Both the position numbers and the translations under genes were made by a program. DNA of 64,000 bases from Octopus sinensis. Lineage: Eukaryota. Shown one piece after another: positions 1-13,536 of this stretch (position 1 is the stretch's first letter; each line of letters begins with the position of its first letter). Under the pieces are notes generated by a model. That model saw nothing but the letters and a program-made list of their open reading frames with translations, was not told where the DNA came from and ran no database searches. The stretch covers positions 16,368,001-16,432,000 of the forward strand of contig NC_043008.1 in NCBI RefSeq assembly GCF_006345805.1, given 5' to 3'.

Positions 1-739
1 CATTTTCACATAAATTGTTCTCTTAATAGTTATTATGATTCAAAGGTCAATCATATCAAACTAATTGACGCTAATGAGTCTGTGTTCACATTATATATCC
101 AGATGAGACAACTATCACTGATATCACACGGGATATTCAGCATTGATTTGCCGTCAACAATTCACGAAGCGCCGTTTGCAGTCAGGAACGGTCGATTTGT
201 TATTGTCACAATGTTATCTGCTTGAAAAATGTCGTCCAAGCAAATTCTGGATCAGGTGATTGATGTTTTGTCGATGATCGTCACAGAGACATACGGAAAA
301 ATTCTAGATTTACACTTGGCAATTTCGAAGCTTCAATATCATTTACACAGATTCTACAAGACATTTGAAAAGGTTACGAAAGACCAATCTATAGAACGCT
401 TCAACGGTTTTTGATATTTTAAAATATTATGTTAAGCATATTACGCAGCTTTTTATAATGAATGCTAAGTGCATATCTTCAAGACGTGTAATATATTTTA
501 GTGTGTTGAGCCAATATAAAAAAAACTATTTCAAACGATGCATAAGTTTTCTAATTTCTGTTTGCGATTTCCTCACTGAGATTATCATCCTAGCTGAAGA
601 TGTTGAATAGTTAAGGAAGATGCATTGTATGGCCTAGCGTGTTACATGCCATCGAAATTTTTGTTATTTATAGCCTGGAAATAGATTTTTGGTATCGGTC
701 GTTATCATAAAAGATCTCTCTAATGCAAAGTGTATGAGG

Positions 740-960
740 AATTACAACCGTGTTTCGTGGTCTGCTACCACAACATTTCCTTTTTAGGATCCAGTTAGCT
801 CAAGTCATCATCAGGAGGAACCACGTCTGGTTTCGGCCCCTACTCCTCGACCGTTTTGACGTGGTGGGGGCACCTCTTTTGAGGTGTCTTCAGTTCTAGT
901 GTTGGGTGCATTTCTTCTTTCTTCTTTCTTCTGTTCTCTGGCCTCTTCGATGTATCGTTA
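740..960 (-). mobile_element. Penelope-like terminal-repeat remnant with two tandem hammerhead-like cores (tentative)
   Basis: Minus strand: CTGAAGA(893-887)...CCGAAAC(836-830), then CTGATGA(814-808)...GAAAC(756-752). Hairpin CACCTC-AAAA-GAGGTG at 871-886. Confidence 0.4.
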
Positions 961-2038
961 GCGAGTGTCAGCCGGTGACTGACTGACTTGTCAAATTTTT
1001 AACTCGGAGTTTATATAAAGACATTAAGGGCAGTCTTAGAAAAACGATTAAAGACGTATTGCAAAGATATGGGAAACAGAGTAGGGGCTGTTCTGTCATC
1101 ATTCTTCAGACAATCATTGATTGAAATCAAGTCTAAACATTTCCCACAATTTAAAATAAATGCTGACGTATCACCGTGAAAGAACTTGATAAAATTATTA
1201 GTTCACCTTCATTCATCAAGACAGCCAAATATTCTGAGAACAGTTCACAATACTTCACGGATACAGTGAAACAAATAGGTTAGTTAGGCCAATGAAACAA
1301 TCATCATGTTCAGATTGTTTTGTTTTTCTTTTTTAATGATTTTCTATTGTAGCTAACGAACTTGAAATATGTGATTAGTTTCTCGTCCAGTCTGAAAACC
1401 TGATTGTGACTTAGTCATAAGTGTTATCCCAATGTGTTTAATGAGCGTAACAAGAATAATTCTGTTCCATAGTGTCCGTACAACACCGACGAGGGAGCTG
1501 CTTCGAGAATTACTGCAAATATTTTTATCAATTAATCCTCTGCACAAGTCTAGATATACATACACGCGTACATGCGTGTGTATGTAAGTGTGTGTGTATC
1601 TATGAGAGAGAGAGAGAGTGAAGGAGAGAGAGAGAGAGAGTTTGTGTATATATATGTGGGTGTATAAATCTCTGCGTTTGTGTGTGTATATAAACTAAAG
1701 TAGCTTAGTAGTTTTCCCATACATTTGTGTACAAAAATGTTCATAAGATACAAGGTACTATATATTTCTAATTTCAGCACTTCAACACGAATTCCAAGAA
1801 TTCCAAGAGGTTTTAAATGATTTAATTTCCATTTGAGGACCCCCAATTTCAATGAATGCGGGTGGACCTTCAAAGATATATTGCAATAGGGTTTGCGGAC
1901 GTATTTTTTTAAAAATGACTAAAGAAACGTTGATGAGAAATTTAGCAGCTTTATGCAGAAATTTTACTACCGTCGAATGAAAATTGAAAAAATTAAAAAT
2001 TGAAATATTTATTAAGATGTTACCAATAATTACCAACA

Positions 2039-2211
2039 GGCGCAGGAATGGCTTTGTGGTAGGTAGCTTGCTTGCCAACCACATGGTTCCGGGTTCAGTC
2101 CTACTGCGTGGCACCTTGGGCAAGTGTCTTCTACTATAGCCTCGGGTCGACCAAAGCCTTGTGAGTGTATTTGGTAGACGGAAACTGAAAGAAGCCCTTC
2201 GTATATATGTG

Positions 2212-2266
<55 letters not shown>

Positions 2267-2478
2267 ATGGGTTTGTGTGTCTGTGTTTGATCCCCCCAAT
2301 ATCGCTTGACAACCGATGCTGGTGTGTTTACGTCCGCGTAACTTAGCGGTTCGGCCTTAGAGACCGATAGAATCAGTACTAGGCTTACAAAGTATAAGTC
2401 CTGGATCGCTCCAGCATGGCTGCATTCAAATGACTGAAACAAGTAAAAAAGTAAAAGAGCAAAAGAGTAAAGAGAGAG
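2039..2478 (+). mobile_element. tRNA-derived SINE family A (CORE-like centre, internal (TA)n(TG)n, GTAAAAGA tail)
   Basis: A/B-box-like head (TGGCTTTGTGGT...GGTTCAGTCC) and GCACCTTGGGCAAGTG CORE-like motif; more than ten related copies in the window. Confidence 0.85.
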
Positions 2479-3468
2479 TTACACCCAATACGAGCAGAGG
2501 AAATTGAACACATATGATTGAGGTTATTTAGAATCATTAAAGTTACGTAAATCTACATTTTCTTGTATGGTTTCTAATGGTTACAGACAGGTTCACCTAC
2601 GTATTTATTATTAATGCTTCTGACATTCCTCTTTAATTAGTACGTATCAGTTTCATAATAGTCTTGTAAATTTTCGTTTTGTCACATTTGTTTTAAACTA
2701 ATTCAGTTTAATTACTGTCAATATATTTCACTCTAGTTGAGATATAACAAAAACAAAAAACAAAAAACAAAAAACCTTGTTGTGTTTGATTTCATACAGT
2801 ATTGTACCTCTCTCTCTTGTATATACCTTATTGCAAACACATTATCCCTAGTATTGTTACTCTCAAAAGAGTCCCTGTTTTCTGACTTTCTAGCAATTAA
2901 AACTGAAATTTGGTAATACTAGTTATTAAAGACCACACATTCTATAATTTATTATTAGCGACTGAAGCAGTATTCATAGCAAAATGACACAGCAGATGAG
3001 AATCGTCTGTAATGGGCACGGAACGTAATTTTATTGTATCGGATATCATCAATGGAGCTCCGTCACCAACATCAGACGATCTCCGTTCGCTACGATCCAT
3101 GAGTACGCTTTTATGCATCAAGCTCCGATATGAGAGAATCTTTAAAGGTAAATTAGGCAGTATTCGGTGTTCTAAAATGATATTTGTGTTAATTACATTA
3201 CATATCATTGTTACACATTTGTCGTCAGATGTTCTTTAATTGTTTAATTTACCTAAACGTCGCTTTACACCAACATTTCGTGTGTCAAATTTATGCCGTT
3301 TTCAAACATCTATGAGAATATTGAAATCTCTTACTGTACAATATAGAGCAGCTACTTCATAACATCTCTGTATAGTTACACACTCCTAGACATAAATGCA
3401 TATGTAGGCACATATACACGTATGTATGTATATGTATTATATATATATATATACATATATATTATATT

Positions 3469-3726
3469 AAATTAGAGACAAAAGCACTATTAGGCAAATC
3501 ATACAATGAAAAACTTAAGCCAATACATAAGATTATTTAATTTATATTATTTAAATATATAACAAAATTATTAAATATAATTAATATATCACTACGATCG
3601 TAGTGATATATTAATTATATTTAATAATTTTGTTATATATTTAAATAATATAAATTAAATAATCTTATGTATTGGCTTAAGTTTTTCATTGTATGATTTG
3701 CCTAATAGTGCTTTTGTCTCTAATTT
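3469..3726. repeat. Perfect spacerless 258 bp palindrome, copy 1
   Basis: AAATTAGAGACAAAAGCAC...CACTACGA|TCGTAGTG...GTGCTTTTGTCTCTAATTT, axis at 3597/3598. Confidence 0.95.
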
Positions 3727-5081
3727 CATATGATATAATATTTTACTATAAAATTGGATTCAATCCTAATCTGATTTTTCCCTGTAAGTTTAGATTTATT
3801 CTCTAATATTTATTATTAATTTATATACATATATATATTATATATATATATGTGTGGTGTGTGTGTGTGTGTGTGTGTGTGTATGTATGGGTTTGTGTGT
3901 CTGTGTTTGATCCCCCCAATATCGCTTGACAACCGATGCTGGTGTGTTTACGTCCGCGTAACTTAGCGGTTCGGCCTTAGAGACCGATAGAATCAGTACT
4001 AGGCTTACAAAGTATAAGTCCTGGATCGCTCCAGCATGGCTGCATTCAAATGACTGAAACAAGTAAAAAAGTAAAAGAGCAAAAGAGTAAAGAGAGAGTT
4101 ACACCCAATACGAGCAGAGGAAATTGAACACATATGATTGAGGTTATTTAGAATCATTAAAGTTACGTAAATCTACATTTTCTTGTATGGTTTCTAATGG
4201 TTACAGACAGGTTCACCTACGTATTTATTATTAATGCTTCTGACATTCCTCTTTAATTAGTACGTATCAGTTTCATAATAGTCTTGTAAATTTTCGTTTT
4301 GTCACATTTGTTTTAAACTAATTCAGTTTAATTACTGTCAATATATTTCACTCTAGTTGAGATATAACAAAAACAAAAAACAAAAAACCTTGTTGTGTTT
4401 GATTTCATACAGTATTGTACCTCTCTCTCTTGTATATACCTTATTGCAAACACATTATCCCTAGTATTGTTACTCTCAAAAGAGTCCCTGTTTTCTGACT
4501 TTCTAGCAATTAAAACTGAAATTTGGTAATACTAGTTATTAAAGACCACACATTCTATAATTTATTATTAGCGACTGAAGCAGTATTCATAGCAAAATGA
4601 CACAGCAGATGAGAATCGTCTGTAATGGGCACGGAACGTAATTTTATTGTATCGGATATCATCAATGGAGCTCCGTCACCAACATCAGACGATCTCCGTT
4701 CGCTACGATCCATGAGTACGCTTTTATGCATCAAGCTCCGATATGAGAGAATCTTTAAAGGTAAATTAGGCAGTATTCGGTGTTCTAAAATGATATTTGT
4801 GTTAATTACATTACATATCATTGTTACACATTTGTCGTCAGATGTTCTTTAATTGTTTAATTTACCTAAACGTCGCTTTACACCAACATTTCGTGTGTCA
4901 AATTTATGCCGTTTTCAAACATCTATGAGAATATTGAAATCTCTTACTGTACAATATAGAGCAGCTACTTCATAACATCTCTGTATAGTTACACACTCCT
5001 AGACATAAATGCATATGTAGGCACATATACACGTATGTATGTATATGTATTATATATATATATATACATATATATTATATT

Positions 5082-5339
5082 AAATTAGAGACAAAAGCAC
5101 TATTAGGCAAATCATACAATGAAAAACTTAAGCCAATACATAAGATTATTTAATTTATATTATTTAAATATATAACAAAATTATTAAATATAATTAATAT
5201 ATCACTACGATCGTAGTGATATATTAATTATATTTAATAATTTTGTTATATATTTAAATAATATAAATTAAATAATCTTATGTATTGGCTTAAGTTTTTC
5301 ATTGTATGATTTGCCTAATAGTGCTTTTGTCTCTAATTT
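5082..5339. repeat. Perfect spacerless 258 bp palindrome, copy 2
   Basis: Same sequence as 3469-3726, shifted by 1613. Confidence 0.95.
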
Positions 5340-5446
5340 CATATGATATAATATTTTACTATAAAATTGGATTCAATCCTAAATCTGATTTTTCCCTGTA
5401 AGTTTAGATTTATTCTCTAATATTTATTATTAATTTATATACATAT

Positions 5447-5513
<67 letters not shown>

Positions 5514-5522
5514 ATATATATA

Positions 5523-5855
5523 TGCTGCTGATACCTCCTTCTGTCATGACTGCCAATGGGATTGCACCTAGAAAGTCACCCTCCCATGCACAAGTCCGGG
5601 CAAGGTTGTTTAATGGAAGACCAGCATTCGCCCATGCATGCCAGCCTCTCCTCGTCACGCCACCAGTGTTATCCAAGGGAAAGGCAAAGGCCGATACAGC
5701 TTGGCACCATTGAGGTTTACAGCTGAGTAATCTGGAGCAACGTGAAATAAAGTGCCTTGCTCAAGAACACAACACGCAGCCTGGTCCGGGATTCGAACTC
5801 ACAATCTCACGATCGTAAACTCGACGCTCTAACCACTGAGCCATGCGCCTTCACA
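5523..5855 (-). mobile_element. tRNA-derived CORE-type SINE, family E
   Basis: Minus-strand head GGCGCATGGCTCAGTGGTTAGAGCG...GAGTTCGAATCCCG, then TGTTCTTGAGCAAGGCACTTTATTTCACGTTGCTCCAG. Related copy at 42270-42600. Confidence 0.8.
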
Positions 5856-7614
5856 CGCACGCACGCACACACACACACACATCCATGCACATATATATAT
5901 ATATATATTAGTATATGTGCGTGTTTGAAGCATGTGCGTATATGTGTGTGTATGTACTTTCGTTTGCTCCGTACTGCTTGACTAGTTGTATTGGTTTGTT
6001 TACCTCCCTTTAATTATGCCGTTCGGGAAAATTAATCGAATGAATTGATAGAATATGCATCATACATATGAAGTCGGTTTGTTTTTACTAACATTAAATG
6101 CGGTGCAACAGCATGGCTGCAATACCATGACAGATAGATGTTAAAGGACAACCAACAGCATATTTTTGTAAAGTCCTAAATGTTTACCTAATAAGCCAAC
6201 GTCTAGATTATTCGTCTAGTGTTAAAAATATTATTAAGAATAGAAGGACGTCGTTGATTATCAAAAAAGACTTAAAACAGAAAATGTAATAACACCTAAA
6301 TACAATAATTACTATATCTGAAATATTTGCAACTTATACTATTCTTCCAATAAATTGAATAGAATTATTATGGCGTTCCATATATATACGATGTCCTTGC
6401 ATTGATATAAACGAATCTTATTTTCCAAATAAAATGCAATCTCACACTTTGAAGTTTAAATATGCTAAAATTTAAAGTGTTACATTCATAGATTTCCCCA
6501 AAGTATTTAACGCTTCAAATAGACTTGAATATTTTTATATCCATTAGATTGTTGTCTCTCTCTTAGTGAAATTGTGTATATTACATAATGATATTTGGTT
6601 CTAGCTGGGTAACTTGCGATGTTTGTCAATCAGATTTTTTTTCTAAATGAGAGACATTCGTTTAACAATCCTAGTGAAAGATAGGAAGTAATTTATTTCA
6701 GAGACTGACAAAATGAAAATTGAAATTTTGAACCTGGAAAGGGAACAAAGATACTAAGAATTTATTAAAGATGTCTATTTAATATGATGAACTACATATA
6801 ATCAAACTTGACGAAATATTGTATAACAAATGAATAAAATTATTTAAAAATCATTTTAAAAATATTTAATTTGAATATTGTCACATCTGTTAAAATTTTA
6901 TGGATGGTAAGGTATGGAATACAGTAAGTATAAAAAGGAAAGGCTTACGAAATACGTTTTATGGATGTTGACTTGCTTGTTTATAGCCATGTACTTCTGG
7001 CTTTTGAATTTATTAGGGAAATATTGCATTTGAATAATAGGTTGGAACAATCATAGCTTCGAAGATTTCTCTTGTGATCATTTTCCGGCTCTTCGAACTC
7101 TGATTTCAAATCCTGCCGAGATCGATTTTTCCTTTTATCTCTCCGGGGTCGATAAGCTTAGGAAAATAAAAGAGAGTTTGTTCAGATGTGATAGAAAATT
7201 CTTCCTAATAATGGCACCGAATCTCTGTACCTACTCATAGAAAGAAGTGACAATTGCACTATGTTGTAATACAGAGTTCATTTCGTTCGCTACACTACAT
7301 GATACGATAGGATATGCTTGAAAGAGAGAGGCGTTCTGTTATGATGTTATGACTTGCCTTAGATTCATACATTTTATTGGGGAAATCTGAAGTATGACGA
7401 ATATCTAAGAATATTTGAAGTGCATATAAACAGTGAGAAAGAAAAGTAATCTGAGTGTTTGCTTCGCTGCTTTACTTCGCTTTCCAATTAGAAGATATCT
7501 GCCAAACATATGAATGGTATGCAAAAGAGCATTGATATGGTTCTCTCAGAAGCTACAAGTACCTTAGATGCAACTGGAAATGAATGAAAATATACTCTAT
7601 GCATTATTTACATT

Positions 7615-7749
7615 AGACGGATATGTGTTCTCGTCTTGTTTGTTGTTACATCAACGTTTCGGTTTGTTCACCCTCCAGCATCCATCAGGTGTCCTAGAGG
7701 AATTTTGAACCCAAACCTGGGTTCTCATTCCTAAGGTATTTTTTGCCGA

Positions 7750-7750
<1 letters not shown>
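7615..7750 (-). mobile_element. Penelope-like terminal fragment with a degenerate hammerhead core, abutting a trinucleotide array
   Basis: Minus strand CACCTGATGG-ATGCTGGAGGGTGAACAAACC-GAAACGTTG (7688-7656). Confidence 0.5.
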
Positions 7751-7782
<32 letters not shown>

Positions 7783-7845
7783 AACTACTACTGCTGCTAC
7801 TGCTGCTGCTGCTGCTGCTACTACTACTACTACTACTACTACTAA

Positions 7846-7879
<34 letters not shown>

Positions 7880-7919
7880 ACTACTACTACTGCTACTATT
7901 CTTCTTCTTCTTCTTCTTC

Positions 7920-7963
<44 letters not shown>
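7751..7963. repeat. Compound trinucleotide microsatellite (TAC/TGC/TTC/TAT)
   Basis: Directly visible in-phase trinucleotide runs. Confidence 0.97.
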
Positions 7964-8454
7964 TCGCGCTCTTTACCATTACGCGATATGCCTGTGGACA
8001 ATTATAGAGTAAATTATAGGGCTTATAAACTTAATATATTCGATGATGGTACTTTTAATTAAAAATGTGTAAACCATAGAATATTTCACCTTCATAAGAA
8101 ATGTTTCTCATTGCTCTATGAACATTATTTCAGTCTTCAGCTGTATGTGTACTGTATCTCCAATAATAAGACAATCTTGGCTACTCGATTGTGACTACAT
8201 AAGAGATAAATCATTCCTCTTAAATTCCTCTTAAATGCTGAAATATAAATCCGATGACAGCAGGCAAGTGTCTCTCTCTCTAAATCCAAAATACAGATGC
8301 ATTCAATATAACATTTATCATTTCTTGGTAACAGAAATCCGCAGAGTTCAACATGCGCCTTTTACAAGTTCATTTTGAGTTGTTATAATCCCTGTAATAC
8401 TCTCTTTTAATTGAGTCCAAAATATTTACCTCTGTTTCTGTCCCAGTCAGCCTT

Positions 8455-8501
<47 letters not shown>

Positions 8502-9029
8502 TCTATCTATTTACACACACACGCACATACACTCACACAAATATATATCCTTCCTTTTGATGAGTCTTAATAGGTTATTATTTTGCTATCATCCTTACCA
8601 TTTCTTTTTTCTTTTGTATATTCTGTCCACAATTTTCGCAAAGGTTTCCCATTTAAACCTTTGGAGTTTATTCAAAAATATTTTGACAATGTTCACGATT
8701 AGCTCCATATAACAGAGTGGAGCATATGTAACACATTAATATTTCTTTTGCTCCACGCGATTTCTAGTGGGGGCCTGTTGTCTGTAGTATCTTATTGTAT
8801 GCTATTATTTTTAATGGACTATTAAGTTCAATAATTGTAAAAGCTGTAGTGAGTGGTTCAATACCTCGTTTTCATTTTTCTGTTAGAATAATGTTTTAGA
8901 GCAGCAAAAAAGTCGGCGTTTTTTGTCTTCTCCCATCACTATCATCCTTTTTTCATCATTCATCTCATCAATATTTCTGTCCAGCCCGCAAGCTACTCTT
9001 TGTAATGCCTTTATGGCAAATCCTAATGA

Positions 9030-9298
9030 AATAAAGTAGTTTGCTTACGAACCACATGGTTCCGGGCTCAGTCCCACTGCGTGGCACCGCAGGCAAGTCT
9101 TGTACTATAGCCTCGGGCCGACCAAAGCCTGGTGGGTGGTTTTGGGTCCCCGTAACTTAGCGGTTCGATCTAAGAGACCGATAGAATAAGTACTAGGCTT
9201 ACAAAGAATAAGACCTGGGTTCGATTTTCCTCAACTAAAGTCGGTGCTCCAACATGGCCACAGTCAAATGACGGAAACAAGTTAAAGAGTAAAAGAGT
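9030..9298 (+). mobile_element. SINE family A, internally deleted copy
   Basis: Head and tail match 2039-2478, but the central microsatellite block is missing (junction near 9145). Confidence 0.8.
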
Positions 9299-11976
9299 AT
9301 GCATATTTATACATACATGCAAAAATAAGTGTTTTCTTAAAGATGCTCATGGGATATGAAAATATAATTAAAAGTTTTTGAGAAGAAGGACATTTGTGCC
9401 TCAGTGCGGTGAAACGCACAACTTACCAAGCTACATGCTAATTATTTTCATTGGACCTTAAATGATATGCTACTAGATGTTTAATCAATAGTCCCGGAAG
9501 TCTGGAAAACAAACGATGTAATCTTACTGAAATTCGAATTTTTCTTTTCTTTCGAAAATTGTGAGTTGTAGTTTAGAGGTATTTAAATTATTGAATCCCG
9601 CCTTCGTTATACACATTTATTTCCTCTGACATGAGAAAATGAAAATCAACGCCGGTGGGGATTTCTAACTCAGAAATAATAAAGGCAAAGTAAGGTTCTA
9701 GCATCTGTACAACTCTCTCCACATCTCGGCAAGCACTTGATCATCTTTTAAATAAGAGTAATTACCTTAATATTCAGTTCTATGCAACGCATTTTTTTTA
9801 AACGTATATCTTTTACGACATTCATCGTATCATATACATATAATTAAAGTCAACCTCTGGTAAGTTAGAATCAAAAACATTTAGTGATATCAAATTCTCC
9901 CGCATTACGATAACGTTAACCTAAGCAGCAAACTGTTTATGCAAAGCACATTTCTCATCACTTTAGCGGTGTATTCATTCTAATGTAATTCTGTGTGTTA
10001 CTGTCAATAACTTTCACAGCAGTTGGAAACAAGAAGATAAATAGAGCCACACCGCATTTGAATTCAAACAATGTTGTATCTATCTCTTAATGATAATGCA
10101 GGAGATGGCGGTGATTCTAATTTCTCAGGCGTACACCTCATCATTAATAAAAATTTAGCTTTAAACTACTAACCGGGTCACTGTATTCAAAGGCAGAAAT
10201 AATGCAATGTTAGCATACTGACGTCTTTATCGAGTACATCATGGTAATCAGTGAGATAAAATTGTTTCAACGGTGTACTGATATTTCATCTGGTCATTCC
10301 ATGGATTGATAACGTCAAACTCTTCGTCTGCAGATTGCATCTTCCAGGATTCAACATAAATATTTATATATTTCATTACGTACAAAATCAGGTAATGGAG
10401 GATATATGGAGGATATAGGTAGTTGATTGAATCAATTCACATGGAATATTTCTATTCTTTTTATTGATCCGGGGCGATGGCAGTCAAAATCAGAACTTAA
10501 CGAGCTGTATCTAAATACACTATTGCATTTGATGCGGTGATTTTAGCTTTTAGCCAAATCGGTTTCTGGTTCAAATAAATCTGCATCAGCTGGAAATTGA
10601 ATAAATTTTCTTGAGAATTACATGAAAATTTTTTTCCTGCCATGATATCTAAAGTTATTTACAATGATATTAAAAGTGATACTTATATCGGAATAAAGCA
10701 AAAGCTAATCGATGCATGAACTAATGTCTATTACGCATAGAAACCAACGAGAAACTTTTTACGCGCTATTAGACTGAGAGATAAATAAAACCCTACCATT
10801 TCGGAAAAGGAATCACACGCTGACTATAACATATTTTCAAATACACTATCCCTTCGAAAGGACCTGCAATTGTTTGATTACAAATCTAATAAGCAAACGA
10901 ATGTCAAGAGTAAACTAATATCATCGAAAACTAAATAGTTCTTTTTTTGTTAAATTTTAATAAGTAAACCGGACGAACCATTGTCTAAAGTGAGATATTT
11001 AGCTTCATGAGAGATTAAGCGAGAACAAGGTATATTTATAATTGAGTACGTGGCATGTATGGATAAATGCATGGTCGTCGGTGATATGGTATTTTGCGTA
11101 AATGTATATATCTTCAAAGTATATAGCCATTATTATAAGCCCGGTTACTATATCCAAATCTCTCGCTTTAAGATAACATCAATCCAAGTATTGGTCTGTT
11201 TATGCAAAGTACCATTGGTGAAAAGGGACATAAACCTTCTGTTAAACATCCATTAACGTTATATCGCTTGAAGAAACGAATCCATGAAGAGGAGCAACTC
11301 GATGACCACGGATACTACGGATTACATTGAAATCATTTCAGGAATACGGACTTTGATCTTAAGAGACATGTGATTTGAGGAAACGCGCGTAAAGATACGT
11401 TAAATATTTTTTAAAAATTCCATCCAAGGATCATAGTTATTATTACTATATTTATCCTACATTATATCTACACAGCTCAATGCAAATCCCTCAACAATTC
11501 AACAATTGGTTCACTTGTCGGTATCATTAGTCCCAAGCCGACATAATGGTAAAGGAGCTTTATTTACGTATTAAAAACATTTCCCGTAAATAGATTATAT
11601 ATATATATAGTCTCCTTTAGTGAGATTTAGAATTATTAATATTTATATTTCTGAAAACCAGTTGATGTATTCCACTGAACATAGGTAAATAAATCTTCAA
11701 AAAGACGGCCAGGAGCGACGCCTGCTGGGTTCGGCTAATCCCCATTGAAAAGAGCCAAATACCAAGAAACTAGTCTGTGGTTGTTGTGACCAGCAAGGGG
11801 AAGCTGCTGACCTCCCCTGTTCGATGGTTGTAATGGACACAGGTTTCTGTGTCACATAGGTAGCTAGAGGCGATGGCCTCATGGAGCTAATCAGCGGCAG
11901 CATTCGTCCTATTTTCCTGGACTGCCATGTTAGCTTGGCCATAAGTATTAATGTATACACACACACACATATATGT

Positions 11977-12810
11977 ATAGGGTATGGGTAAAGAAACTAG
12001 GCATTAGAAATTGCTTATAGAATTTTTCGTATTCCTGAATTCATAACGCAAGCATTTTATAAACAGGCAACACTAATGGGGATTTTTATTTTCTTATTGT
12101 CTTATTTCTTATTTTCCAGATGGCTGGTCGCTTGACTTTCAGGAGCGAGCTAAGATTGCATCACGCTATGAAGTATGGAATTCCATTGTTTTGGTTCAGA
12201 GATGGTGCTGTGCATGGAAAGATAAGCATGCAACACTACGTCCAGATAAATAAAAAAGTTGTTATGCAAAGCTGATATCACGGGGTCTGAGAACGATGGA
12301 AGAAGTGGCCATCCAACCACATCCTGATTAATAGAAAACGTGACAACAGGGCAGGAAATGCTTAATCGCGGTCTGCAAAAATCAACGCGTGAAGCAGTTC
12401 GTGAAATTGGTAAGATGTTGCATAAAGAACTGGATTTTCCTTCGTAGAAAACCCATTACATGCTGGAGCTAAAACCTGAAGTCCAGTACCCAAAGAAGTA
12501 CAGTTCTCACTCCGTGTGATTTTTACCTGCGGGATTACAAATCAAAATCTTGCACAGAGAAGAACTTGGATACACAGATTCAGGAGGTACTCAATAATGT
12601 CCCCGGCGACGTCCTTCAGAGGGTTGTTCATTCCATCTCCGGCAGTTTGAAGAAACTGGTTGACGCCACCGTTGCAAGGATGAAATATAAAGATTTACTT
12701 TCATTTTGTCATGTAATAAAGAACATGTATCATTTGTTTCAATAAATTTGTAAACGAAATATGGATTTTATTACCAAATTTTAATGACTATTTATCTTTT
12801 CACACACTTT
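11977..12810 (+). mobile_element. Decayed, internally deleted Tc1/mariner-superfamily DNA transposon
   Basis: About 12298-12480 reads GRSGHPTTS*LIENVTTGQEMLNRGLQKSTREAVREIGKMLHKELDFPS*KTHYMLELKPE (HTH region). Degenerate inverted ends: left ...AGGCATTAGAAATTG, right AAATTTTAATGACTA. Confidence 0.65.
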
Positions 12811-13135
12811 TTTTACTCTTTTACTCTTTTATTTGTTTCAGTCGCTTGACTGCGGTCATGCTGGGGCACCACTTTTAGCCGAACAAATCGACCACTAGAC
12901 TTATTCTTTGTAAGTCTAGTATTTATCGTACTTATTCTGCCGAGCCGCTAAGTTACGGGGACATAAACACAGCAGCAAATTCCGCTGAGGTTGATTTTGC
13001 CTTTCATCCTTTCGGAGCCGATTAAATAGGTACCAGTTACGAACTGGGGTCGATATTATCGGCTCAATCCGTTTGTCTGTCCTTGTTTGTCACCTCAGTG
13101 TGTAGCTCCTTGTGGGCAGTAAAGAAATAAGAAAT
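12811..13135. mobile_element. SINE A 3' part (minus strand) joined to SINE B 3' part (plus strand)
   Basis: 12811-12975 is the reverse complement of the family A tail; 12977-13135 matches 13617-13769. Confidence 0.75.
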
Positions 13136-13536
13136 GAACGGGATATAACAGAGAATTACAAACAAGATATTAACAGAAAATACTAAAATATAAACCAGTA
13201 TGAAGATCATAGAATCAGCGATTGAAATCAACCAGATATGTAGCCACAAAATTGAGTGGTGGAAAGGAACGGAATAAAATACACCGACCAGTGTTAACCC
13301 CGAGAACATTAAAAATACAATAAAGTAAGAGTGAACATAAACATTGATTAACTTAGACCGATGTAGACAATTGCCCATCCTACATACAAATAAACAGTTC
13401 TACGGCGAAATGAAACAGAAATGTATGAAGGCTGTGCATAAATTTCTGCCAACCGCACAGACTACCTGAATGATCTATTGTATTTATTTAGTGGCGTCAC
13501 TACTGTAGGGGAGCGGACTTTATACTCATAGCGTGA

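Larger units (their letters stand above)
2231..5460. repeat. Tandem duplication, two near-identical ~1.62 kb units (~2231-3850 and ~3851-5460)
   Basis: Identical text at offset 1620 (2281 vs 3901), then 1613 after loss of one CAAAAAA unit. Both breakpoints fall in (TA)n/(TG)n tracts. Confidence 0.95.

Noticed and set aside
1782-2442. Recurrent ORFs containing RRASFSFRLPN / DGLLSVSVYQIHSQGFG (also 17373, 38547, 46719, 63586)
   Set aside because: Antisense translations of SINE family A, not a protein family.
2942-3239. Duplicated ORFs with a DGAPLM motif (also 4555-4852)
   Set aside because: Duplicated only because of the tandem repeat. At most a faint hAT-transposase-like relic, too weak to call.
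7651-8012. Poly-Leu/Val/Ala/Ile 'membrane protein' ORFs (also 49036-50185)
   Set aside because: Trinucleotide-repeat artefacts.
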